Position numbers and translations under genes: made by a program | Assembly: GCA_964057225.1 (NCBI GenBank) | Contig: OZ059898.1 | Location: 8,990,001-9,054,000, forward strand | From: Auanema rhodensis | Taxonomy: Eukaryota; Animalia; Nematoda | Direction of reading: 5' to 3' | DNA: 64,000 bases | Notes under the pieces: model-generated | Database searches by the model: none | Told to the model about the DNA's origin: nothing | What the model saw: the letters and a program-made list of their open reading frames with translations, nothing else | Shown here: piece by piece, positions 1 to 14,015 of the stretch | Position numbering within the stretch: position 1 is the first letter of the stretch | How the letters are laid out: each line of letters opens with the position of its first letter

Positions 1-42
1 TATTTACATATGTATATTTAATTAAAAAGATTTATGTTTCAG

Positions 43-1145
43 TTTAATTACAAATCGTCACCGCGATGTAACTAAAAACCGTTTGGAGTTGTTAGGTCCA
101 CAACCACAACGAACACCTAATTTTTCTGCTCTTCGTGAGTTATATAATTCTTTTCTTGAATATTTTTTAATATTAAATTACAAATTTAATATTTATAACA
201 AAAATGTTTGAAAATTTTTTGTTAATTTCTTGTGTTTTGCAGGTGATATACGCGTTCATGCTGAAAATCAGTTTTGGTATATAGCGCCAGAAGCCAGTAA
301 TGTAAGTTTTCAGTTGTTTTAAATATAAATCAATCAATAAACTACAATATTATGAATATAAACTATTATAGATTTTCGTTGCTGAAGCTATATACATAGA
401 ACCAGAGTATCGACGATCTCAAATAGCTTCAACACTTGTAGCAGAACAATTCCAACGTCTCAGCTTATTGACTAAGGTATTATTATTTTTAAAAAAATAA
501 TAATTCAAAGAATTTTTATAAAATCACAAAACATCCGATTCGTTTTTTTTTCTTCATTCTTTTCATATCTTAAAACTATCACATGGAAATATCTTTGAAT
601 TGAAAAAAAAAGAAATAATAAAGAAAACATTTTTTATTATTTCTTTTTATCTTTTTCTTTTTATTTTCAAACTTTATATACGAAATATTCAAAAACATAA
701 ATGTTTGTTCAAAGAATTCTTGAACTTAATGAGATCCGAGTTAAAGATAATCAACACCCCCTCAATTCCCTATATCATAATGATCAAAAATTAATCTTGA
801 AAAATATTTGTTTTGTTTTATTTTTTTTTTAAAGAATAATAAAAAAAGTTCAAAGAAATTGATTTTATAACATGATAAATAATATTTATGATTTATAGGA
901 TAATTGCCCGATGGATGGTATGATTGCTATATCTACAAGCTATGCAAATATGTGTCAACTTGAAAAACTGGGTTTTAATAATATTTATAATGTAAATAAT
1001 TAAAATTATAATATAGTTTATATATATGATCAATTAATCCCATTTTTAGGTTCCATCCAAATTTTACCGTCGATCAGATGGAAGTTCTTGGACACCAGCT
1101 GATCCTATGATGCCATTTGCACAATTAATGTATTTAAAATGTTAA
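43..1145 (+). CDS. 3' portion of a GNAT-family N-acetyltransferase (AANAT-like); the 5' end lies before the window
   Basis: Five exons splice in frame: ...IFVAEAIYIEPEYRRSQIASTLV... (acetyl-CoA motif A-like), DGMIAISTSYANMCQLEKLGF (motif B-like), ending ...AQLMYLKC* at 1143-1145. Confidence 0.65.
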
Positions 1146-2490
1146 ATATAATATTATTTATTTATATTATTATTGTATTTGAATCAATAAAATGTTTAGG
1201 TAAACTTATCATGAAATTCATATGAAACAATTATTTGAAACTTCATTTCATTGAAAGCATGTTTAATTACTGTAAAGTTTACACTGAACTACATCAAATA
1301 GCAAAAAGCTATAAGATTCTATGATATTTCAATTTTAAAATCAGTTTCAAATACTCTTTGTCTGTCTAATTTTTTCGAATGAATAATGATAATGTATTGA
1401 AACTGAAGAGAGAAGAGACATAATAGTTCCAATTGGATAAGACAGACTAACATGCTGAAAATTTTTAGAAATAAGAATTCTGTGATCAATTAGATTTGAA
1501 TGCTTCCTTGACCAGAAACAGTAAAAAAAGCAAATTGAAAACAGTTGTTTTTGAAAAAAAATATTCTCAAAACTTAAAAGTTTTGAAAACTTTATCTCAC
1601 ATTGTAACCCATCTATCTCTTCAATTTAATATTGTAATCAATTAATGTTTTGAGGAGAAAATGTATCAACATCAAACCAAAGATATCAATTAATGAGTCA
1701 AAAATTCATATATAAGCCTGAAGATTCTTTCGATGGTTTGTATACATTCGACAACTATCAGCACAGACGGCTACAAAATTTTCATCACAATTCCTCTAGA
1801 AATATATCGAAATATATATTTTTCGAATATGTGCTGGTACTTTCATTTTTTTTTCTAATAAGCATTCAATCGGTTTTGTAAATTCGTTCTTATAATTAAA
1901 AAAAACAATTTTTGCGAATCAGATTCGTTTGAAATAGGTCAAGCTGTGCCTTTTGTAGTTAAAACTTATTTTTCTTTTTCTAAAAATAAAATACATGACA
2001 CACTTGTATTCTTGTATTCTAGTTATCGTTATACATACATAGCTTAAGTATTATTTCTTTCAATTTTTTTGTACTTTAATTGTATGATGTATAGAACAAG
2101 TTGCAACTTTCTTTTCAATATGTTAAAAACACCAAAACATAACTTCATGATCATATTACATAAGCAAATTCCATACAAAACATACTCTCAGTTCATTTTT
2201 TTTGGAAATAAAATTAATAAAAAGCTGGTTTTACTCTAAAGCTAAAGATCTTTTTGACTTTTTTATATAAATTTTTTTTCATATGCTTTTGTTTCACAAA
2301 TCTAAATAGTATATCGGAATATTTCTATATTATAGCAAATAATTATTCAGGATTAGCCGAAAATTACTATTCATCTTCTGTTTATGTTTTTGCGTCTTTT
2401 AAAGTTTTTTTTATGGCAAACTTTGTTCCAGTTTTTTCTTAGTTCTTCCTTTTTTAAATCTTAAATTTCATAACTCTGTTACTTTTCCAA

Positions 2491-2496
2491 TTTTAG
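2491..2496 (+). promoter_or_regulatory. Probable SL trans-splice acceptor
   Basis: TTTTAG after a U-rich outron-like tract, 4 nt upstream of the ATG, with no obvious upstream donor. Similar unpaired acceptors precede the ATGs at 14238, 22029, 37641 and 42566. Confidence 0.55.
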
Positions 2497-2500
2497 CATC

Positions 2501-5500
2501 ATGCTCAAACTAGTCGCTTATATCACCTTAGCCTTATCGGCTAATTACGGTAAGATTATATAGAATTATTAAGAATAAAATTATAAATAATATTAAAAAA
2601 ATGTTTTTTTTTTCAGTCCTAGCTGAACATCTAAATTGCGAGGGTAAAGTGAACACATTCATTGTTAAAGGATGTAACAGTGAATATACTATGTGCTCAT
2701 CTGTAAGTTAATTATTATAATAAATTATATATTTTATAAAGAAATATACAATGTATTTTTCTTTTTACAGAATGGAGCTTTCAACTACAACTGTCCATCC
2801 GGCTTAAGATTTGACTGGCGTCGTCGTCGCTGTGATTATGCATCAGCTATTCCAGAATGCAAACTTGAGAGAAAATTCAGAAATCAAATTTTTGAATCTC
2901 CGTTAGTATTATTTAAAAATAACTTTATTCAGTTTTGTATAATTTTTAGAAGTGAAGTAACATGTGAAGGAAGAAAGTTGAATGTCAATTTCGAACATCC
3001 TAATGTTCCATGTGATAATACTTATTATACTTGTATTGAGGGTAACAATCTCATCAAGCAAAAGTATGATTTATCAATATTCTTTCTTTCTTTAATTATT
3101 ATTTTAGTTGTCCATGGGAGCAATATTATGATGCTAAGAATGATCGTTGTGATTATAAAGAAAACGTTAAAAGTTGCAAACGTCGTCGCATGAAGATTAG
3201 GTAAATATTTGTTTTTTCTTAACTATTTCTATCAAATAATTATCTAATTATAGTGGATATGCTGATCTTCCAGAATCAGAACTTCAACAAGTATTATAGT
3301 TTTAAACATTCAATCATTTTATATTATATTTTTAGGATACTGTTGTATCTGATGTCGGATCCCCTGCTCCTCCACCAACTTCTGAAAGCAATGCCGTTGA
3401 GATTCCAATCAGCAAGATCACCGGTGGTAAAAACATATAGATTATATGAATTAATAGTTGAATTTCTTGTTTAGCCCCAGATTGTGAAACCGCTGAGAAT
3501 GGAGTCTACAGAGACAATGCTGAAAAGTGTGCTGCTCATTTCTGGAAGTGTGCCAACAACAAGCTTTTCAAATACAGATGTCAAGAGGTAAATAATCATT
3601 TGATAACATTTTCAACAAACTATTTTTATAGAATCTCTTCTATGATGCTGAAGTTAACAAGTGTCTTCACAAGGAAGATATTCCTGATTGTGGTGGAGTT
3701 AGAAAGTAATAAAAGATATTTTGTGTGAAAATATATAAGAAATGTAATTTTAGGGTTACTGAAGCCCCACCAGCTTTTGATCAAGCTGTTGTTGACTTTG
3801 ACTGTACTGACAAGGTAACAATATATTTTTATTTATTTATAATTTTATTGTTTAGGAAGATAACTACTATGTAAAGGAAGAATGCCCAACTGAATTCTAT
3901 CACTGTAACGGAGGAGTAGCTACTATCACCAAGTGTGACAGTGGTCTTGTATATGATCAACGTATCAAGGCTTGCGATTACCCAGAAGCTTGCAAGTATG
4001 GGATTTCAAATTAATTAATTGAACATTTTTAATTATAATATTCATAGGAATGATAGACCAGTCAGTGATCCACCAAGCCTTTACAATCATGGATCAATCA
4101 AGGATCAACCAAAGAAGGCTGAATTCAAGATTAAATTTGACTGTTCCTCCAAGAAAGATGGAATGTATGAGTTGAAGAAATGCACAAAGAACTTCATTCA
4201 AGTATTTAATTTGATTTATATTTGCATAATATCAAATAAAAATATTATAGTGCTCAGCTGGAAAGCCATATCGTGAGAGTTGTGTTGAAGGATTAGTCTT
4301 TAACAGTAACACTGGAAACTGTGACTATCTTGAGAACTGTCTTTCGTGAGTAATCTTCATTTTCTTTTTTTTTTTGTTTCATATCTCATTTTCTGAATTA
4401 CATCCATTTTAGCCCACCAGCTACTACTATTGCCCCAGCTGCTGATGAGCCAGAACAAACAATTCTTCCTTATTCCGTACCAGTACCAAAGAAGGTTAAG
4501 CCAGTTGCTACTACCACCACCACAACTGCTCCAACTACTCAAAAGCCAGCTCGTGCTCCATACACCATGCCTAAGAAGACTGCTCCAGCTGCTCAAGAGT
4601 ACAATATAATTTTATAATTATTTAACATATTTTTGAATTTGAAGACCTGAGAAGCCAGCTTTAATTGGAATCTCTTGCACCAATCTTGCTAATGGACCAA
4701 CTGCTCTTGATATCTGCTCCGCTGACTACGTTGAATGCTGGGATGGAGTAGGAACTGCCCAAAAGTATAGGATATCATCATATTCTTATTAATATTTGCA
4801 AATATTATAGGTGCAGTGGAGGTCTCATCTTCAACACCTACTTAGGACAATGCGATTTCAAGGATAATGTATGATAGATTGTATATCTGTTTAACTTTTT
4901 TCTTTTATAGGTCCCAGGGTGCAACCCAGATAAGAAGTTCTCTGCTCCAGTTAAGACTTCTGCTGCTCCAACTACTGCTGCCCCAGTTAGAATCCCAGCT
5001 AAGAAAGGTAAATATACCAAAGATTTATTATTGTAACATTTTTATTCCAATTAAGATAACTTCTGCAAAAATAAGCCAGATGGATTCCACGGTATTAACT
5101 GCAACTCTTTCTTCTACCAATGCTTGAATGGATCAGCCAACAAAGTATTATTTCATGCTAAAAACACGACAAACAATGATTTCTGTTAAGCTTCTCTGTC
5201 CATCTGGTCTTTTCTACAATGTTGAAAACCAGATCTGTGATTACAAGGAAAAGATTGTTGCTTGTGGAGCTAAGCCCGAACCAACTACTGAAAAGACCCC
5301 TGTTGATGAAGCTGCTGATATTGTTCTTCCACCTTATGGGTTATACAGAGATAAACTATAATTTTTAAACAGGTTCTTTATAGTGTTCCAGCTGCCAGCA
5401 ACCCAGAGCCAATTACTACTTCCGCTCCAGCTCCAGCTGTTGTTCCATCTCGCAGACCTGTAAAATCACAGTAATTTAATCCAATTGATAATATATTTTT

Positions 5501-8500
5501 ACAGATTTTCGATTGTACTGCCAAAAAAGATGGACTTTATGCTTTACCAACATGTACTGATGTCTTCGTCCAATGCCATGATGGTAATGAAGTTAAAAAT
5601 TAATCTTGTAATGATATTTGTAAAGGAAAAACATACGAAAGAGAATGCCAACAAGGACTCTTCTACAATGATGTTAACGGTATGTGCGACTACAAAGAGC
5701 ATGTCCCAGCTTGTGGAGGAAGGTACGTGAAAATTACATTGAAGAGAATCTAACAGTTAATTAAAGACTTCCAAACCAAGGACCTGTTGCTCCAGCCACC
5801 ACCGCTGCCCCAGTTGCTCAAGCCGAGCCTGCTGCTCCAGCCTATTCCGCTCCAGTTGTTGCTGCTCCAGCTCAGACCGCCTATGCTGCTCCAGTTGCTC
5901 CAGTATCCCCAACTGTCCCATCTACCGTTGCTCCTGCCGTTCATCCAGGTTTGTTGATGAGTTATGGTTCATATGTCAAAACACATTCAGCGATTTATAC
6001 AGAAGGAACTGATTTCATTCAGTAGAAGTATAACTTATTAACTATTTTGAAATAACTAAATATATTTTATCTTATAACCGAACAATAATTTTCTTAGTAA
6101 TTCGCCGACGTCGTGCTTGGGTTTCTTCTCAGAAAGCACGAGCAGTTGCTCCGTATTTTGCTACAACTCTCGTCGTTTTACCGTATCTGACGTCTTGTGC
6201 TACATTAAGCATGATGTTGTTCATGCAGTCCTTCTGCCGTCTTGATAATATGCCCTTGTGCAAGTTATCGTAAACTAATTATAAAATTGCTCTAGACGTA
6301 GACTTCAATAGACGCTTAAAAAACTTGATAGATAGTGATAGCTTCAGCTTTAATGCTTTCACATATTTCCAACCTAAGCACGCTTCGAGCAATTAGCAAA
6401 AATAGCTTATTTATTAGAAAATACACTTTTATAATATATTCTTGCATAGTAATAGATGAAATATATGAATAAGCATAATATATCTATTTAACTATTTTTT
6501 TCAGCTTTGAGTTGCACTGGAAAGGCTGATGGATACTACTCTGCCGGATGCTCCATGGAATACTTCTCCTGTACTGAAGGCACCTTACAAAAGGTTTGAA
6601 TAATTAATAAATATATTTTATAATCTGATTTGATGATTACAGCTTGGATGCCCACCATCCCTTCGTTTCTCTCAAGAATCAGGTCGTTGCGAATATGCTG
6701 AGTTCGTATCTGAGTGTGGAGGTTCTGCCCCCACTACTGCTGCTCCAGCCCCTGTTCCAGTTATCACAACTGTTGCTCCAGTTCCAGTCGAAATTGGATC
6801 CGCCCAACCACAAGGACCATATCAACCAATGAGCAAACCAGCCCCAGTACCGTATGTTTAAGCTCTTTTTTGTCTTCTTCAAAGTATTTTTACAGAACTG
6901 CTGATAGCTGCATCGGACAAGCTGATGGATTCTACTCTCAAGGATGCTCCCAAAACTATTTCTCCTGCTTGAATGGAGTTACCATCAAGCTTGAATGCCA
7001 GGAAAACCTCCGCTTTTCTCAAGCTTTGTCCAGATGCGAGTTCCCCACATTCGTTGAAGAGTGTGGAGGAAAGAGCACAGTCGTTGCCCAAGCTCCAGTT
7101 TCTCAGATCAAGCCCAAATCAGCTAAACAGATTAAGTAAGTTTCTTTTTTTTATTGATGATATATGTATATGTTTTTAGATTATTCAGCTGTACTGGAAA
7201 GGAAGACGGATTCTACTCTAATGGATGCGCTTCAGTTTATGCCTCATGCCACGCAGGAAGAACCAGCATTGTAAGAAATCAGAAAATATGAAGTTATAGT
7301 ACAAATATATTTAGCTTAAATGCCCAGAGCAACTTAAATTCGCTCAAGATCAAAGCCGTTGTGATGTTGCCGAACGTGTACCAGAATGTGGAGGATCCGC
7401 CCCAGTCGTAACTCCAGCCCCCGCTCAAAGTGCTCCAGTTCAATCCAAGTATTCTATCATATAATATAAAGAAAATGAAACTTACTAATTGAAGGCACAG
7501 CTGTTCTGGAAAAGCTGACGGTTACTACTCCGTAGGATGTTCCGATGAATACATCAATTGCCGTTCTGGAGTAGCCAGCACCGTTAGAATAATTACCAAA
7601 AATGAGCAAATGCATATGAATAATTTCAGATGATGTGCCCAGCTCACCTCAGATTCTCTAAAGAAGCTAACTTCTGTGACTATCCAAATGCCGTTCCAGA
7701 ATGTGGAGGAATGAAGACTAAACCAGTCCCTCTTATTCTCCCAGCTCCAGTTCCAGCTGTTCCGTAATTCGTTTATTGTAAGATACGTTCTATGAATTGT
7801 ACATCATTTCAGTCATTTCGACTGCAGCAACAAGGCTGATGGATATTACGCTATTGCTCCATGTACTTCCCAATATGCTGCTTGCATGGGAGGAAGAACT
7901 ACCGTAAGAACTTAAATTTATTATAATTACTGAGTTTTTATTGTAAATTATAGATCGGACGTTGCCCATCTACTCTCAAGTACAACTCCTTGAACGGAAA
8001 ATGCGAATTCGAGAGCATGGTTCTTGCTTGTGCTAAGCCTGTTATTGCATCTGTATATAAAACAAAAGTTTCAAAAATCAAAAAAGATCTTTCAGGCTCC
8101 ATCTGCTCCAGTTGTTGCTCCAGCTCCACAAACTCAAGAATTCTCCTGCATTGGGTTTGCAAACTATTTCAACAACTAACGATATGCTATTCAGACGCCA
8201 ACAAGGTATCTACCCACTTGGAGACTGCTCTGACGAGTATATGGTATGCTCAGCTTATGCTACAACCAAGAATAAGTGCTCATCTGGACTTGTTATGAAC
8301 CCAGTTACTGGATACTGCGATATGCCGTAAGTTTCTAAATATTTTTCAGTAAATTAAACTATATATTATATCAGACAACGTGTCAACACCTGCAATCAAC
8401 AAGCTGCTGCTCCAGTAGCCCCAACTCATGGATTCAGCTGTTTCGGGCGTCTTGATGGACACTATGCTGCTTCAACCTGCAGTGCCATGTACTTCAGATG

Positions 8501-8600
8501 TGTCGAAAACAACTCCTACCAATATACTTGTGGAACCGGTCTTGTCTTTGATCAAGCTCAAGGTGTATGTAATTATCCAGCCAATGTTCAAGGATGTTAG
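2501..8600 (+). CDS. Secreted multi-peritrophin-A (ChtBD2/CBM14) chitin-binding protein with 15 six-Cys domains and P/A/T/V-rich linkers
   Basis: Signal peptide MLKLVAYITLALSANY. Fifteen repeats of the C-x(4-5)-DG-x-Y...C...(F/Y)-x2-C...C-x2-GL-x-(F/Y)...CDY...C pattern recovered across many short introns; TAG at 8598-8600. No EGSG chondroitin repeats, so not cpg-1/cpg-2-like; candidates are cbd-1-like or another large ChtBD2 gene. Confidence 0.9.
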
Positions 8601-8681
8601 TGTAATTAAATATTTTAATAAAGAAAATATATTCACACATATCAATTTTTATTATATTTACATATATTACAAATAATAATA

Positions 8682-11600
8682 TTATACTATCATAGCATGA
8701 CATAATGAACAAAATCCAGTATCATTCATACTTTTCTCATGTGATTTTTGATGACATACATTACAAAGTATAAAAGAATATTCTAATAATGGACGACCAG
8801 TAGCTACACATATTGGAAACTGAAAAAAACACAAAATGATTTACATTTAAGATTGTGAGATATTCAGATTTACCTTTGTATCACAATGAGGACAATATTG
8901 AGCATAATCTGAAACAAGTTGGTCACAATTTGGACAATTTTCTTGTTGAGTGCGTGAATCAACGGGAGGATTTCTAAAAACATAAGAATATATACAAAAG
9001 AAAAAAAGAAGAAAACACATACTGGCTGAAAATCTTCAGTGCTAATTGTTGGAAATCTTCTTTATGTTCATTTGAATCTAAACTCTCTAAACGAATGAAT
9101 GCTCGACTTGCAACAGAAAATTGTCGATTCGTACAACTTGACAAAGCTGAATAACAATAGAAAAAGTTGAAGTTGTTAAATAACTATACCTAGCAAAGAA
9201 TAAACTTCAACTGGATCAAGTATATCATCATATTCAGTTAAATGCATGGATGTCTTTACTGCTCCATCAATATTTCCTAAAATTCTTTATTAAATAATAT
9301 TTTACTAAATAATAATAAAACCTTCATATAATTGTCTTTGAGCCAACATAAAAAAATGATAAGCTAAAGCTCCTCTCCATGCGCGATCAATCATTCGACT
9401 ATCTTCCAGAGATAATGAAGAATCTTCTCTCAATAATCCGGAAAGCATAGCATTTGCCTTAAGTTTTTTCATATAGTTAAAGATATTTTAAGATATAATA
9501 TACATCTGTTCCATCTTTTCCTTTTTGTTCAGATAATACTGTTCTTTGATGATTATGATATTCTTCTATAAGTAAAGCTCCCATTACATATAATTTTTTT
9601 AGTCTTAAACTATCAGCTACTTTCTTTCGTTCATCATCAGCTATCTAAAATATAGATATTCTATTATAATCATATTATTATATGATAATACTTCAAATAC
9701 AATCCGAGCCGCATCTAAAAATCGGCCAGCTCTTCGATAAAGTTGAACTGCAGCCAATGTTCTTTCATTGCTTCCGGATAGCTCCGCAGCATATTTTCCA
9801 AGAAGAGAATCAACATCACGTAGCTTATGTGTTCTAGATAATTGAACTGCCTTAAATAGATAATTTGAAAAACATTAAAAATGAATTAAACAGTAATACC
9901 ATATCCCATTGATTTAGTTGGATGCAAACGTCTAATGCCTTGGGAATCTTATCATTTCTTATGTAATAATTGACTGATTGTTCACAAAGTCCAGCAGCTC
10001 CGAATACGAACCCAAGTTCTTCAAGCAACTGGTGCCCATCAGGTAAGTTTGTTCCAAGGATATCAAATCCAACATAATCATCCATCTTTAAGTAACAATG
10101 GAAAAGTTTGTCCAAGTTCCGAGCCTGCTCATAATGCTTTCCAGCCATATCCCTTAGAAAAGTATTAGTCAACATTAGTCAATGAACAAGAAATACCATT
10201 TTTGGCGATCAGCGTAATAATCTCCTATTCGATTCCATGCTTCATGACGCAAAACATCTTCATTAACTCCACCCACTCCTCCTTGATTCAACAGACTCAT
10301 GACTTTCAGCCAATTATTGTTTTTTCGATACATTTCAATAGCCAAATCTCTGGAAAAAAGACTTGTTAGACGATTTTTAATGTCTACATCTTTGCATACC
10401 TTCGATCATTCTCAATATATGTTCTTTCGGCTGTTTCCAGCTGTCCAAGATGAGCTTCTATTTCAGCTTTTTTAATTCCATTCTGTTGAATGTTTGCTAA
10501 TCTTTTACAAAACTGTAAACCACCATAATCACCAAGTTTAACCTGCAAATTTGTTTTTCGTTCACTTTATATAAATACATATATAATTAAATATTAAATA
10601 TATACATATGCATGTTCAGCTGTTGATATATCCATCCGATAAAGTGCTACTTCTGCTAACAATTGCCTAAATCCAAGTTTGTTTTGTTTTCTGTTGTATT
10701 AAGCTCCTACCATAGTCTTGGATGAGGATTACGTTCTATAAATTCAGAAGCTTCTTCTATTTTCATTCGTTCTAATAAACCTTTAGCATCACGTAAACTC
10801 TATTATAATTAAATATATTATTATTATTAAATAATTAATAATTAATACCTTTACTTCAATATCAATGACATATTTTGTATCTGGTTTTGATGGATCAAGA
10901 AGAAAATAATCAACTAAAACAGCTCTAACTGTTAAATCTTTAAAAGAACAAATATATCTAAAGAAAGTATTTGTTTTTAATTTTCTTCAATTCCTTTTTT
11001 ACCCAGAACTATATACTGGTTCTTCTGTTTTATCACCTTTCATTATAACAAGTTTAGTTTTTTCTGAATAAGCTATTGTATCATCATTTTCCTAAAAGAA
11101 ATATTAAAAATACAATTTTAGATTAAAATATCTTACTGCATCCCACAAAAAACACCAAATATCAGCTTTATCCATATTTAAAACTTTATTTACTGATGTT
11201 TCATCCAAATCAAAGAACTGTAATGTGTGACATTGATCTGAAATATTATGGTTTCATATGAATTCGAATATGTTTTTCTTGCCTAATGTTGCTATTCGCT
11301 TATATGAAGCATTAAGTTGCATTTGGATAATATTTTGAGGAATCGAGAATCGTTGAATAACCGATCCATCATTTAAATTTATTTTGAATAAAGCTCCTGA
11401 TTCACAAGCCTTAAAACTTGAATATTTAAATATAAATATTATTATTATACCACTAAAAAGAATGTATCTCCAATACACAAAGAAGTAATTCTATCATTTC
11501 CACGCTGGAACTGAACGTAACATATTAGCTTAATCGAAATCATTTCAAACCTTTCGACGCATTCCAAGTTCATTACCTATGGCAAAACTATCAAGAGCAT

Positions 11601-13862
11601 GTACTCTATAAACAATAAATGAATTATAATAAAGTTTTAATAATCTTACACATCTTCAGTATGTTGTCTTAATGGTGTAACTCCCAAAGTAGCTCTTTTT
11701 GGTAAATTAAAATGCCATATGAAGTAAGATTCAGATCCAGCAATTACAGCAGCAGTATCATTCAATGCCACAAAACATGGTTGAACTTCCACATACTTAA
11801 TGTGAATTATGAAATATGGCACATTCAGTAACTATACCTTATAATCTAATGGAGTTCCAATACTATTGCATAGTTGAACATAAAACTGAAACAAATTCAA
11901 TTTCAATGTTTAAACGAATACTAATCAAGTTGAATAACTTACTGTGCCCATTGCATCATTGGCTCTATTAACTATAACACAATAATCTCCATAGCACGCA
12001 ATCTAATATTTGATAATAATTTAGAAATATATATGAAATGCGTTACCTGTTCAAAGTTTCTTATAGATCTTTTATATGTTTCTTCAAGTTTTGTTTCAAA
12101 AAATGAGATTCTAAATTCATTACGATCTTCTTTTTCATAAACATAAATCACTGTTTTTCCACAATAACCCCACTAAAACTTAACACATTTAAAACTTTAT
12201 TTTTCGTTTTTGAAAATACCTTATAGTGTGGACGTATATTCGCAAAAAACAAATTACTGTCCATTGAAAGAGCAACTCGTAAACAATTCGAATCCCAAGC
12301 ACAACCAGTTAGATTTGATCCAGGAATATTCAAACATCCTTGTTTCTAAAAAAATATTATATTTTATTTAATTAAATATATTTTGCTATTTACTATTCCA
12401 TATGCTGATAAAATATATAAATAGCATCTTTCTAAATTTGGTTTATTTGCATGATATCCTGTTAATGCTATAAAAGCTCCATTTGGAGACCATCTAGCTG
12501 ATGTTATAGTTAAATTATCATATCTTGCTACTATTGGCTCTAAATAATATTATTGAATTCATATTCTTTTTAAATATATTGCTTACTTGGATCAGCATCA
12601 TGTCTCATCAGCTGGATAACACCATGAGCATATGCAATCATCAATCTCGGCCTGTTTTCAATTTTTTTTTCTGTTGGACATGTTGAATCCAAAGATGGAG
12701 CTTTTGCAAATCGTTGTTTCTTTGTTGTATCTTCCTCTAAAATATTTTTTTTAAATAACTTAATATATTTTATATTTGAATACCATTCTCATTTTGACGT
12801 AATACTACTATTGGTCTCCACCATTTTAGAGCAACTATTTGATCTTTTCGTAAATCTTCTAAAAATTAATTATTTATGTTAAAAGTAAATTAATGATATT
12901 CACTCGCTAATGCTGCTTCAAGTTCTACATTTTCTAGAGCTGGCATTGATAATTTTTGCTAAAAAAAGAATTTTTAATTATAAAATATTTAAAATATTCG
13001 AACAATAAAATTTCCTTGATTATCATAAAGATGAACTTCTCCATCTTGTAAACCAAATAATAAACATAAGCCATCTGGAGTCCACTAAATAAAATTTTTA
13101 AAAATATTTATTTGGAAACAAAAGTTTCATTACCTCAACACTAACTAATGATCCAGGTAATTCTTTTCTCCACAACCTACTTCCATCATTAGTTCCAACA
13201 ATAACCTGACCTATAATATATAAATATAACTAATGTTTCTAAATTACTCAAAACCATTTTGATATGCTATAGCTATACGAGTACCTTCAGTATTCCATGC
13301 CATTCCAACAACAATCGTTTTATTTCTTAAATTAAGAAACTAATATATATAGAGGGAAATATTATAAATATATCTAACCTATTATTAATCATTTCCTCAT
13401 ACCAATTATCATTATTATGTGACCAAACTGTTATTAAACCATTTGAATCAGCTGACGTTAATTTGTGATAAATTTCATTCCATGTTAAGTTCAATATTGC
13501 TCCTCAAATATTATATAATTTTCAATTAGAATGTCTTAAATTGAAAAAAACCTGTATGTCCTTCAAGATTTTGGTTGACAGACATATTATTCGATCCCAT
13601 ACCTTTTGCATCTCCTGAAGTAAAATCGGTTAAGTTATTATTCGATTTGATATATAATTTACGTTGAACACCTAAATCCAATGGATTAAGCTTCACAATT
13701 TTTAAAATTCCATTTGTTCCACCAGCTGCGATAAATTTTGTTTTAAGATTCCATTCAATACACAGTAAATCTGTGTTTGTTGGTATTGATATCTAAAATA
13801 ATAATCAAAACTTTTATATAAATTATTTAAAAATATACCTTTTTAGTTAAATAAATTCCCAT
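8682..13862 (-). CDS. ifta-1: WDR35/IFT121, intraflagellar transport complex A subunit
   Basis: N-terminus [23 protein letters not shown]...[15 protein letters not shown]; WD40 motifs [36 protein letters not shown]; later KSLRDA, NPHPRLW; C-terminal [11 protein letters not shown] and CxxC zinc-finger-like tail. All match WDR35. Confidence 0.95.
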
Positions 13863-14001
13863 GCCATTAATAGTATTTTCATTATATTCAATAGAGCTTT
13901 CAAGTGCTTTGAAAGGCATTTTATATATCTTAAAAATAAAGAAAATTAATAGAAGAATTTTTGTTTGAAATGGTTGCTATGTTAAACGCCAACGAAAAGG
14001 T

Positions 14002-14015
14002 GTTGTCATGACAAC
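14002..14015. promoter_or_regulatory. RFX/DAF-19 X-box
   Basis: GTTGTCATGACAAC is a perfect 14-bp palindrome matching the X-box consensus GTHNYY-AT-RRNAAC, about 140 bp upstream of the ATG of a ciliary IFT gene. Confidence 0.88.

Noticed and set aside
5952-6013. C/D-box snoRNA-like pattern (TGATGA ... CTGA) at the start of the long intron
   Set aside because: Box C is only a few bases from the splice donor, there is no convincing terminal stem, and I recognised no rRNA-complementary guide.
4357-8162. Antisense Trp/Ser/Gly-rich ORFs opposite the chitin-binding gene
   Set aside because: They are shadows of the CCA/GCT/ACT-rich sense codons.
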